Virus record (IMG/VR): IMGVR_UViG_3300024262_000013
DNA from: a virus
Taxonomy: Duplodnaviria; Caudoviricetes
DNA length: 64,000 bases
Reading direction: 5' to 3' (one strand)
The notes beneath the pieces were generated by a model, which worked only from the letters and a program-made list of their open reading frames with translations, was not told the origin of the DNA and searched no databases. The translations under genes were made by a program, and so were the position numbers. Shown here piece by piece: positions 18,492 to 26,423 of this stretch (positions are counted from its first letter, which is position 1; every line of letters begins with the position of its first letter).

Positions 18492-19031
18492 TTATAAATC
18501 TAACACAAATGTTAGAATATATTCTATAGTTTTATCATTAACTTTTAATGTTCTATAGTTAATTGAATTTTCATCCATAATTGATTTAATTTTATTATCA
18601 AAATCTAAAGATTCTTGTTGGTCTTGAAACCTACCATCGTCTTGAAAAACATTAGGTCTATCTAAAAATATGTTAATATTTTCATATTTGTTAAACACAT
18701 CTAAAACCATTTTATCAAAAGTTTCACCATATAATGTTGATGGGTATCCACTTTCATAACCATTTTTATATGCTAATGAAAGTAATATTGGGGAATCTAA
18801 AATTATGTAATCAACCTTACCGTATGACCGAACAACTCCTCTATGTTGATTCGCGAAAATGAATAGTTGGTCATTTATCTGAGAATCATTTTGTTCCCAC
18901 GCAACTTGTTTAGGAAACTCATATGGGTTATCACAACTTATATTTCTTCGTTTAAGTTCATAAAATAATCCTGATGATATAGTGGACTTACCTGAACCAG
19001 GTCCTCCGAATAGATTAATGATTTTTGTCAT
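18492..19031 (-). CDS. P-loop kinase, NadR/AAA_28-like
   Basis: INLFGGPGSGKST Walker A; IILDSPILL; DDGRFQ lid. Confidence 0.8.
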   Translation of the reverse strand: MTKIINLFGGPGSGKSTISSGLFYELKRRNISCDNPYEFPKQVAWEQNDSQINDQLFIFANQHRGVVRSYGKVDYIILDSPILLSLAYKNGYESGYPSTLYGETFDKMVLDVFNKYENINIFLDRPNVFQDDGRFQDQQESLDFDNKIKSIMDENSINYRTLKVNDKTIEYILTFVLDL

Positions 19032-19032
19032 A

Positions 19033-19164
19033 CTATAGATTAGAGAATAACATTAAAACTAATATTATTAAAATACCTACAATTCCTAATGATGCTGCGA
19101 TGTAACTTCCCCTTAGTTGGAGCTTACTTTTACCTTGATAAAAATCTTTTTTGTTAATTTTCAT
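19033..19164 (-). CDS. small single-TM protein (43 aa)
   Basis: MKINKKDFYQGKSKLQLRGSYIAASLGIVGILIILVLMLFSNL read by eye. Confidence 0.5.
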   Translation of the reverse strand: MKINKKDFYQGKSKLQLRGSYIAASLGIVGILIILVLMLFSNL

Positions 19165-19215
19165 ATTATCTATTTTTTAAATATTTTCTTATGTCATTTA
19201 TAATATAAGTGAATA

Positions 19216-19602
19216 TTATTTAATATTCAACTTAGATTTAAAATATTTAACCATAATATGTCCACTTTTATAGTTAGTCGCTAAAGGTACGTCATGTACG
19301 TCACAGAGTCTCATTAACATAGATATGTCAACATCATGTGGATGTTTGTCTAGTGGGTCTCTAAAGAAGAATACTCCATCTATTTCACCACGAGTAATCA
19401 TAGCTCCTATCTCTGCGTCTCCACCCATAGGACCACTATGTACTGCAATTATTTTTTCTATACCTGCCTGAATTATTTTTTTACCTGTATTACCTGTGGT
19501 AACTAAAGATACTTTAGAACTATTAAAGAAGTTTAAACGTTTCATAACAAACGCAACCATATCGGATTTTTTACCATCGTGGGCAATAAGTGCTAATCTC
19601 AT
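19216..19602 (-). CDS. mgsA: methylglyoxal synthase
   Basis: LALIAHDGKK, TTGNTG, SGPMGGDAEIG, FFRDPLDKHPHDVD conserved motifs. Confidence 0.93.
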   Translation of the reverse strand: MRLALIAHDGKKSDMVAFVMKRLNFFNSSKVSLVTTGNTGKKIIQAGIEKIIAVHSGPMGGDAEIGAMITRGEIDGVFFFRDPLDKHPHDVDISMLMRLCDVHDVPLATNYKSGHIMVKYFKSKLNIK

Positions 19603-19662
19603 ATTATTATTATTTTTACAAACATAATATAAATAATCTTATCAGTAAATTAATAATTTAAT

Positions 19663-20082
19663 TTAATCGCATTGATTTCCAAAATTAGAAAGGAAACCTA
19701 CTAAATCTCCCACACCAACATTCGGTTCTGCAAGATATATCAATAAATCTTGAACGGTAACCATACCATCTTCATTAATATCACCAACACAAGGTTCTTC
19801 ATTGTATTGTTCGCAATCTTCCCATGGTTCACCTAAAGGAGATGTCAACGCCGCGAAAAATCCATCACCATATACTAAAGTTGGTGAACCCAACACTGCA
19901 CATCGAGGTGCCGTGTATCCGCAACATGGTATATTAAGTGTAACCGTATCTAATGTGGCACAATTAATATAAGTCCATGTAGACCACTCCGTTGCGGGAA
20001 CAGTTGAAAACACATATTGTTGACATTGCGAACTAACACTAAGTGGTAAAAGAAGGAGTAAGTAAATAAGTAAATTTTTCAT
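19663..20082 (-). CDS. secreted Cys-rich protein with a dockerin/EF-hand-like C-terminus
   Basis: Signal peptide ending SSQ; CVGDINEDGMVTVQDLL and GDLVGFLSNFG. Confidence 0.7.
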   Translation of the reverse strand: MKNLLIYLLLLLPLSVSSQCQQYVFSTVPATEWSTWTYINCATLDTVTLNIPCCGYTAPRCAVLGSPTLVYGDGFFAALTSPLGEPWEDCEQYNEEPCVGDINEDGMVTVQDLLIYLAEPNVGVGDLVGFLSNFGNQCD

Positions 20083-20084
20083 GT

Positions 20085-21722
20085 TTATCTAAATATCGTT
20101 ATATGTCCAGACTGTTCTAATATCTCAGGGGAATCAGACTTACGACCGTAAAAAGTGTAAAGATATACTCCGTCTGAAACATAATGGTCGCCCCCATTTA
20201 CACTCCCATCCCAAGAAGGATAAGAAGAAAATCCAAAATCGTAACCTCGATAAATCATCTCCCCCCACCTATTAAAAATTTTAAATTCTACATCAACCCA
20301 GCAATCTAAATTGTAGACAATCTGCCAAGTATCGTTAATACCATCATTATTTGGGGTAAAAGTATTTGGAATATAAACAGTCCAAGGCCAGCATCCACTT
20401 ATCCCTGGTGGGTCTATACAATCCTCACCGGTTTCACAATCTATTAACTGAGTCTCAATAATTGTTAGTGTATCTATCAGGTAAACATAGTTGTCTACAA
20501 TTACATCCACATATTCTATAATAGTGTCTGTTAATGTAATAAAGTTATCAATATAAAGAGTATCAATAATAAAGTTATCAATATAAAGAGTATCAATAAT
20601 AAAGTTATCAATATAAAGAGTATCAATAATAAAGTTATCAATATAAAGAGTATCAATGGTTTCTATATAAACAGTATCACAAGGTTCTTCAATCTCTTCG
20701 CAATATACACCGGTAGGCATATAAAAAACAAAATTATTATTAGCGGTAATAATCTCGCCGGGCACACTAGTAATGGTCATATAATTACCTTGACCTGCAG
20801 TCCAAGTACCGTCAACGTTAATATTTCCATATACGGTAATCGTATCTCCGGGTTGAATCCAAACTGATAGATTAGAAACTCCATTAAAACAATTAAATGT
20901 TATACCTAAGAAATCATTAAGACAAAAATAAGTAACGGCTTCAGTACCAATATTTACAATGGTTGCAGAATAATTAAACGTAGATAATACACCAACTTCA
21001 AATACCTCACACACTTCATTGGTAACTACTAAGTCAATAATAATAGGGTCGGGTCCAATTGAATAAACACAAGTTCCATCATCAATTGTAGCCTCATCAT
21101 TATAGTTTAGTGCGAAAGGGTCGGTACATCCTGGAAATATAGAGGGACATATAAGAAAAGAATTATTCGAAAGGTCTATGTCAGGGTAGTTTTGAGTTTG
21201 ATTTGCGATATTGGGGTTTACTGCCCATCCTCCGATATCGGTTGTCGCCGTTTGAGATAAATTGATTTGCCAAACCACCAATTCTGCACATTCTCCAATA
21301 TCTTCAGAGTGAGATAAAATCTCATTCCAACAATCATTAGAAAAATTAGCAAACTCAAACACATTTACATCCCAGGTATCTCCTGTTTCTAAAACTTGAT
21401 TACCGAAGAAACTTTTAACTTTCCAAGACCATCCATCATGGTATGTGTTATCTACACAATCAGTCCATCCATCGTCCAATCCTGGAATATGTAACCCTAA
21501 AACGAAATGAGATATTGATTCATTGTTTCCAATATCTGGGCTACCTGAACCATCACAAGTGTTATCTATATTTGTAAATTCATTACAACCGCAGTTTTCT
21601 GAGTTGTCTACCCCTATTACTAATTCACCTGTGGTAGAATTAAAGTCGTTAATTGAAATATCACATTGACCATTGATTAAAAAAGTCTGTAAGAAGACTA
21701 ATAAAAACAGTACGTTTTTCAT
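20085..21722 (-). CDS. secreted protein with T9SS type-B (gliding-motility-associated, CHU_C) C-terminal domain
   Basis: Signal peptide ending NGQ; GCTDPFALNYNDEATIDDGTC repeat; YIPNTFTPNNDGINDTW...IFNRWGE...GVYLY...GHITIFR. Confidence 0.88.
   Translation of the reverse strand: MKNVLFLLVFLQTFLINGQCDISINDFNSTTGELVIGVDNSENCGCNEFTNIDNTCDGSGSPDIGNNESISHFVLGLHIPGLDDGWTDCVDNTYHDGWSWKVKSFFGNQVLETGDTWDVNVFEFANFSNDCWNEILSHSEDIGECAELVVWQINLSQTATTDIGGWAVNPNIANQTQNYPDIDLSNNSFLICPSIFPGCTDPFALNYNDEATIDDGTCVYSIGPDPIIIDLVVTNEVCEVFEVGVLSTFNYSATIVNIGTEAVTYFCLNDFLGITFNCFNGVSNLSVWIQPGDTITVYGNINVDGTWTAGQGNYMTITSVPGEIITANNNFVFYMPTGVYCEEIEEPCDTVYIETIDTLYIDNFIIDTLYIDNFIIDTLYIDNFIIDTLYIDNFITLTDTIIEYVDVIVDNYVYLIDTLTIIETQLIDCETGEDCIDPPGISGCWPWTVYIPNTFTPNNDGINDTWQIVYNLDCWVDVEFKIFNRWGEMIYRGYDFGFSSYPSWDGSVNGGDHYVSDGVYLYTFYGRKSDSPEILEQSGHITIFR
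20538..20657. repeat. 4 perfect 30-bp tandem repeats encoding IDTLYIDNFI
   Basis: Unit AATAAAGTTATCAATATAAAGAGTATCAAT x4, no spacers. Confidence 0.95.
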
Positions 21723-21875
21723 TATTAAGAAAGATTAGTAGTAATTTATATTTAAGAATCGTAGGTTAATTTTCTAATCTGTTTAAGAATTTGATTAAAA
21801 AAATGAACACTATTGGGATTGTTCCTTATAAATATCGTGATACTCTAACTAATCCTCATAAAAGGTGTTAAATGG

Positions 21876-22163
21876 TTATATAGTCATCATAATTAGACCT
21901 CTATCAAAAGATGCAAACGCCTCATAGGTTTTAGCTCTCCTAACAGTCTTAGGGTCTACACGTAAACGAACATGAGTAGGATATTCCTTTTCGGACTCTT
22001 TTTGTTCACGATTTACTTTAGCGATTGCGTCACGTTTAGTCATTCCCCATTCGTTGTTACCCCCGCTGGTTGGTCGGAAGTCTTTAGTTCCTGTCGTTCC
22101 CGCAGGTGCTTCCAACCAACCAAATAGATAAAGGTTTTCGCCCTTTTGATTTTTATATGCCAT
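21876..22163 (-). CDS. hypothetical early protein (95 aa)
   Basis: ORF track. Confidence 0.7.
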   Translation of the reverse strand: MAYKNQKGENLYLFGWLEAPAGTTGTKDFRPTSGGNNEWGMTKRDAIAKVNREQKESEKEYPTHVRLRVDPKTVRRAKTYEAFASFDRGLIMMTI

Positions 22164-22172
22164 ATTAATTAT

Positions 22173-22352
22173 TTAATTTAAAATTGATTTACCTAATACT
22201 AGTGGCGAACCATCTTTGTGTGATGACACAAGAAAACAACTTTCTTTTTCACTAATAATAAGAGTTTTGTCTTTGAACATTTTGTAGTGCTTGTAAGCGT
22301 ACTCTTCTACTTTGCTTTTTACCTCTGGTGTGATTGTTTCTTCTTTACCCAT
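22173..22352 (-). CDS. hypothetical protein (59 aa)
   Basis: Start moved to MGKEE, downstream of TATATTTG at 22397-22390. Confidence 0.6.
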   Translation of the reverse strand: MGKEETITPEVKSKVEEYAYKHYKMFKDKTLIISEKESCFLVSSHKDGSPLVLGKSILN

Positions 22353-22438
22353 GTTTTTATTTTTTAAATATTTAATAATTTCGTTGGTACAAATATACGT
22401 AATAATTCTCAAACTATTACTAATATTTTATATTTTTT

Positions 22439-22687
22439 TTAATCTATAAGTTCGCTAATATTAATACCCTGCGAATCTAATAGGTTTTGTATTTCCCTAA
22501 AGGTCTCATCGATAACCTCAAACTCATCAAGTTCCTTTTGTTGTGACTCAAACCTATGTTCTAATCTCTTTTTAAGGTTATGTGTTAACTCAAATAAAAC
22601 AATTGCCATATCAGTTGATTTAACACATCTCATATGTGACATTCTGTCCTCTGAATCGTTTAAATCGAATTCTAATTTTGCTTTCAT
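22439..22687 (-). CDS. hypothetical phage protein (82 aa)
   Basis: MKAKLEFDLNDSED... ORF track. Confidence 0.7.
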   Translation of the reverse strand: MKAKLEFDLNDSEDRMSHMRCVKSTDMAIVLFELTHNLKKRLEHRFESQQKELDEFEVIDETFREIQNLLDSQGINISELID

Positions 22688-22821
22688 ATTGATATTGATA
22701 TTTCTCGGTTAATCCATCCTACAATTAATTCGTAGTTACCATTTAAAACTCTATCATAGGTTACCTTAATGTAAGGTAATATGTAGATTTGACTCATTAC
22801 TGTATATGTTGTTATTTTCAT
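22684..22821 (-). CDS. small hypothetical protein (45 aa)
   Basis: MKITTYTVMSQIYILPYIKV...; ATGA overlap with the next gene. Confidence 0.55.
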   Translation of the reverse strand: MKITTYTVMSQIYILPYIKVTYDRVLNGNYELIVGWINREISISI

Positions 22822-22842
22822 AATTTATTTTAATTTGTTTTG

Positions 22843-22914
22843 TAGCCCGTAGCAGAATCGAACTGCTATTTCCAGGATGAAAACCTGGCGTCCTAACCGG
22901 TAGACGAACGGGCC
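22843..22914 (-). tRNA. tRNA-Glu (UUC)
   Basis: GGCCCGT/ACGGGCT acceptor; CCAGG-TT-TTC-AT-CCTGG anticodon arm; GTTCGATT T-loop. Confidence 0.93.
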
Positions 22915-23026
22915 AAATAAAAGAGAGACTTCGGGTCTTTCGAGGTTACTGATATATGGGGGTTAACCTTTACCTTTATCCATATAATCTCAGCTTCACT
23001 AATCTCTCTAATTGTAATGGGTTTAG

Positions 23027-23242
23027 TTAAACCAAATTCCACTTTTTTGCTGATAACATAATCGCCTCCTCATTGGTTAAAGTTGGTTTGTCTCTTATAA
23101 TATCCATCGCGGAGTACATAACCTCACTCCTTAATCCTTTTTTTCTTGCCAAGTTTAAAACATCGACATAATAGTTCGGGTCAAATTTTGGTAGTGTACC
23201 ATCTTCTTCCATATCTGCAATTTTACTAAGTATATTACCCAT
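23027..23242 (-). CDS. hypothetical protein (71 aa)
   Basis: Start moved to MGNILSK, since TATATTTG lies at 23271-23264. Confidence 0.65.
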   Translation of the reverse strand: MGNILSKIADMEEDGTLPKFDPNYYVDVLNLARKKGLRSEVMYSAMDIIRDKPTLTNEEAIMLSAKKWNLV

Positions 23243-23321
23243 AAGTGTTTTTTTATTAGAGTACAAATATATGACAAATATTTGATTAAAACAAAATTAA
23301 TAATAAAATATTAAATGCATG

Positions 23322-23366
23322 AAAAAACCATCATTAAGTGTAAAAAAGTTACCTAATGATGGTTTT
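23322..23366 (-). terminator. hairpin terminator closing the tRNA operon
   Basis: 13-bp stem AAAACCATCATTA/TAATGATGGTTTT followed by a U-run on the minus strand. Confidence 0.65.
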
Positions 23367-23408
23367 ATAGTGCAAAGTTAAAAAGTGAGTTCTTTAACGG
23401 TTTATTTG

Positions 23409-23744
23409 TTATCCGTTAATTACGGAATTATTGGGTTTATCTAATTGCCTATAAATCTCTGAGACATGTTCACTCATATTATTTATAGTTTTGTCTACTC
23501 TACTATCAATATGACGGTAGACTTCGCTCATATCACTCTCACTTTGATTGTGTAGATTATCCACATAATCTGTGAGTTCTTTTCGAATCTTTTCTGATTC
23601 ATTATACTGATTTTCGATTACTCGATTCAGTTGGTTTATTTCCACTTTTAAGGACTTAGTTGACATATAATTCACAAACGTACCCACAACCATTACTAAT
23701 ACAATGACTGTACATACACCTAAAATAAATGATGTTATTTCCAT
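23409..23744 (-). CDS. single-TM coiled-coil protein (111 aa)
   Basis: N-terminal TM followed by a heptad-rich region. Confidence 0.7.
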   Translation of the reverse strand: MEITSFILGVCTVIVLVMVVGTFVNYMSTKSLKVEINQLNRVIENQYNESEKIRKELTDYVDNLHNQSESDMSEVYRHIDSRVDKTINNMSEHVSEIYRQLDKPNNSVING

Positions 23745-23760
23745 AATTTCTAATTTTAAT

Positions 23761-23786
23761 TTAATTTTTATGTCAAAGAACTCACT
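23761..23786 (-). promoter_or_regulatory. boxA-like element GTTCTTTGACAT within a 26-bp direct repeat (second copy 24169-24194)
   Basis: TTAATTTTTATGTCAAAGAACTCACT identical at both sites; related motifs at 24718-24729, 25045-25056 and 52667-52678. Confidence 0.6.
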
Positions 23787-24076
23787 TCACTTTTTAACTA
23801 TTAGCACCATCTATAATATAATATAAATGGTCAAGCTGTAAACACCTAAGGTTGGAGGGTGTGTTTTACCTCTTACCAGATTCTTAACTGAATTCCACCA
23901 TATTACAATACAGGTGGTACACTTGATAGATTTAATATGTACTCTCAGCTCTTTTGGTTTCTGCAACGTTACCATTGAATTATCCTGTCGGGTGCAGACA
24001 TAGGTACTGAGGTTATACAATTTATATTCTACCTTTATTTAGTGATATCTCACAAGGTCATAGGTTTAACCTTTAG

Positions 24077-24148
<72 letters not shown>

Positions 24149-24193
24149 ATTTATTTTTTCTTAATTCTTTAATTTTTATGTCAAAGAACTCAC

Positions 24194-24270
24194 TGGTGGA
24201 CCTTGATGGACTCGAACCATCGACCTACGCATTATGAGTGCGGTGCTCTAACCAACTGAGCTAAAAGTCC
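24194..24270 (-). tRNA. tRNA-Ile2 (CAU, lysidine type), CCA encoded
   Basis: GGACTTTTAGCTCAGTTGGTTAGAGCACCGCACTCATAATGCG; resembles bacterial Ile2 rather than Met. Confidence 0.8.
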
Positions 24271-24473
24271 GTTAACAGTCTATTTTATCCAACTACAACT
24301 GTCACGGATGTCCCAATAAAGTATAATCAATATTGGTTAGGAATAAAGTTTTTATTTTTTAGAAGAACTCAAACTCCGACTAGCATACTCACTAGTTGAT
24401 TAGTCACTATAAGGATTCTACCTTATTTCTCTTCATGTATGACACATTAGTCAATGTTACTTTGACACGTTAG

Positions 24474-24547
24474 TACACCCATCAGGATTCGAACCTGAGA
24501 CCGTCTCCTTAGAAGGGAGATGCTCTATCCAGCTGAGCTATGGGTGC
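24474..24547 (-). tRNA. tRNA-Arg (UCU)
   Basis: TCTCC-CT-TCT-AA-GGAGA; GCACCCA/TGGGTGT acceptor. Confidence 0.93.
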
Positions 24548-24613
24548 ATATTTGTAGGGTTCTTTTTTAAAGTTACATAGTTCCTACTAGTATTGTGTAA
24601 CTCCCTACATTAG

Positions 24614-24698
24614 TACCGCTGGGCGGACTCGAACCGCCACGGGATTTCATCCCAACAGATTTTAAGTCTGTCATGTCTACCAATTCCATCACAGCGGC
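24614..24698 (-). tRNA. tRNA-Leu (UAA)
   Basis: ACAGA-CT-TAA-AA-TCTGT; long variable arm GGGATGAAATCCC. Confidence 0.93.
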
Positions 24699-24747
24699 AT
24701 TTATATTAATCTATAATTTCAAATAACGTTTTTGTCTTTCGACTATG

Positions 24748-24755
24748 CAAATATA
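24748..24755 (-). promoter_or_regulatory. internal TATATTTG promoter upstream of tRNA-Leu
   Basis: TAnnTTTG match followed by a boxA variant GTTATTTGAA. Confidence 0.55.
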
Positions 24756-24802
24756 CTACACAAAAAATCAACTAACAACTATCTTAACTAATTTTTTATT
24801 TG

Positions 24803-24876
24803 TAGGAATGGGGGGATTTGAACCCTCGACCTTGACTATATAAGAGTCCTGCTCTAACCAACTGAGCTACATCCCC
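24803..24876 (-). tRNA. tRNA-Ile (UAU)
   Basis: GGACT-CT-TAT-AT-AGTCA anticodon arm (G27xA43 mismatch); GGGGATG/CATTCCT acceptor; A73; one T-stem mismatch. Confidence 0.8.
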
Positions 24877-24934
24877 ATATTGAAAACACCTATAAATTAT
24901 GTAGAGGAGCAAAACTCGATTTTTGTGTTAGTAG

Positions 24935-25007
24935 TGACCCCTCAGGGGTTCGAACCCTGGACCCTCACATTAAAAGTGTGATGCTCTACCAGCTGAGCTA
25001 AGAGGTC
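24935..25007 (-). tRNA. tRNA-Lys (UUU)
   Basis: TCACA-CT-TTT-AA-TGTGA; GACCTCT/AGGGGTC acceptor. Confidence 0.93.
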
Positions 25008-25072
25008 AGTATTTTACCGAATACTGTGTCGTTACTTAATCCTGATGTCAAAGAACGTTATTAATATAAAAC

Positions 25073-25098
25073 AAAAAACCCGAACATCTCTGTTCGGG
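25073..25098 (-). terminator. intrinsic terminator (candidate attenuator) upstream of tRNA-Lys
   Basis: Minus strand CCCGAACA-GAGA-TGTTCGGG-TTTTTTG: 8-bp stem, GNRA loop, U6. Confidence 0.8.
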
Positions 25099-25129
25099 CT
25101 TGTCTTTTTCATAGATTTAAGTCTATTTT

Positions 25130-25210
25130 TTATATCATGTTAACCGAACTTTTACATAATAATGAGAATGTAATTCTTAATATTATATTTTGTTTATATT
25201 GGTTATTCAT
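25130..25210 (-). CDS. putative leader peptide of the tRNA operon (26 aa)
   Basis: MNNQYKQNIILRITFSLLCKSSVNMI; codons 9-12 ATA ATA TTA AGA; lies between promoter and terminator. Confidence 0.55.
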   Translation of the reverse strand: MNNQYKQNIILRITFSLLCKSSVNMI

Positions 25211-25241
25211 TTTATATTTTATTAGTCTTTGTTGTGTGATA

Positions 25242-25272
25242 CAAATATAGGTAAATTTATTCTATTATCAAA
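25242..25272 (-). promoter_or_regulatory. consensus Bacteroidota promoter of the tRNA operon
   Basis: TTTG (25272-25269), 19 nt spacer, TATATTTG (25249-25242). Confidence 0.75.
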
Positions 25273-25284
25273 TAAACTTTTTGA

Positions 25285-25665
25285 TTATTTTGATATGTTC
25301 CTTTTCCTAAACCACGTTTTAGATAAAACAACAACTGTAGTAAAAAATATTAACCCTAATAAAAAGAAAACACCTACGTAATTAGTGGGTAGTGGTAATG
25401 AGTACGTTAATAGGGTCCAACCTAAAATATAACCAAACCATAATATAACCCAAATAATGTCGGGTATACGTTTGGTTTTCTTTTGTAATTTAATTATTTT
25501 TTCATCGTGAACTACACGAGATAATGCGTCTTGTAAATCTTTACCATACGCAGGTACTACCTCTGTTGAGCCATTTACATTTTGAATGGTAACTTCATAT
25601 TTTAACCATCCTTTAAACGTCTTACTTTCTTTACGAAGTTCTGCCTGAACTGCCTTTCTTTTCAT
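25285..25665 (-). CDS. hypothetical membrane protein (126 aa)
   Basis: PAYGKDLQDALSR motif; two C-terminal TM segments. Confidence 0.7.
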   Translation of the reverse strand: MKRKAVQAELRKESKTFKGWLKYEVTIQNVNGSTEVVPAYGKDLQDALSRVVHDEKIIKLQKKTKRIPDIIWVILWFGYILGWTLLTYSLPLPTNYVGVFFLLGLIFFTTVVVLSKTWFRKRNISK

Positions 25666-25798
25666 AATTATATTTTTTAGGGAAACCTATATCCAACCCA
25701 CCATAAATCAAGTCTAAAGAATTTATTTCCTCGATTTAATCCAAAACCAATACGTAACATACGGTTTTCTTTATTTAAATTAATTTTAGTTATTTTCA

Positions 25799-26416
25799 TT
25801 ATTTTATAACTCTACCATCTTGAGTGTAAATTTCCATTGTACTGGATTTACCTGAACTATCTAACCAATCGTTAATTTCTAAGAGTTTATCTTTAAAGAA
25901 AATACGAGATATAAAGTCCCATTCCCCTTCAGGGGTATCAATACCCCCACCCATAATAGAAAAGTCATTAGGTTTAGGCTCTTTATCCGATTCAAATAAC
26001 ATTTCATAAACACCTCCTTTGTTTTCGTCAACAATAAACATAATGTGTTTTTCTTTATCGTTATTATAGTCAGGATTGGCATAATACGATTCGTAATCAT
26101 ACAAAGTGTCGACATCTCCGACATTTTCGTATTGGTCCCCTAAGTCTTTTTCTTCGAACTTTAAAAGTACTTTTCCTTTTTCGTCTACAACATGAAAGAA
26201 AAGTCTTCCATTATCCATTGGTGCCGTCATTTGAAATAAATCGGGACTCCATAAATCGCCTACAATCTCTTCCGTCTCTAACTCAAATCTAGACTCCCAT
26301 AATTCCTTATAGTTCTTATCTTTCATTAGGATTTCAATATCCTCTAATTGTTGGTCATTTAATGAATGTGCCATCGCTTCCATTGACCATCCGTAAACTT
26401 CTAATTTGTACTTCAT
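25799..26416 (-). CDS. acidic hypothetical protein (205 aa)
   Basis: ORF track. Confidence 0.75.
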   Translation of the reverse strand: MKYKLEVYGWSMEAMAHSLNDQQLEDIEILMKDKNYKELWESRFELETEEIVGDLWSPDLFQMTAPMDNGRLFFHVVDEKGKVLLKFEEKDLGDQYENVGDVDTLYDYESYYANPDYNNDKEKHIMFIVDENKGGVYEMLFESDKEPKPNDFSIMGGGIDTPEGEWDFISRIFFKDKLLEINDWLDSSGKSSTMEIYTQDGRVIK

Positions 26417-26423
26417 TTTACTT

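Noticed and set aside
20538-20657. 30-bp repeats as a CRISPR array
   Set aside because: Copies are contiguous with no spacers and in frame within a CDS; no cas genes seen
23811-24020. 69-aa ORF in the tRNA operon
   Set aside because: Coincides with a strongly base-paired region and has no recognisable protein features; treated as probable RNA
24194-24270. Elongator tRNA-Met
   Set aside because: Body sequence resembles bacterial Ile2 more than Met; needs tRNAscan-SE isotype models to confirm
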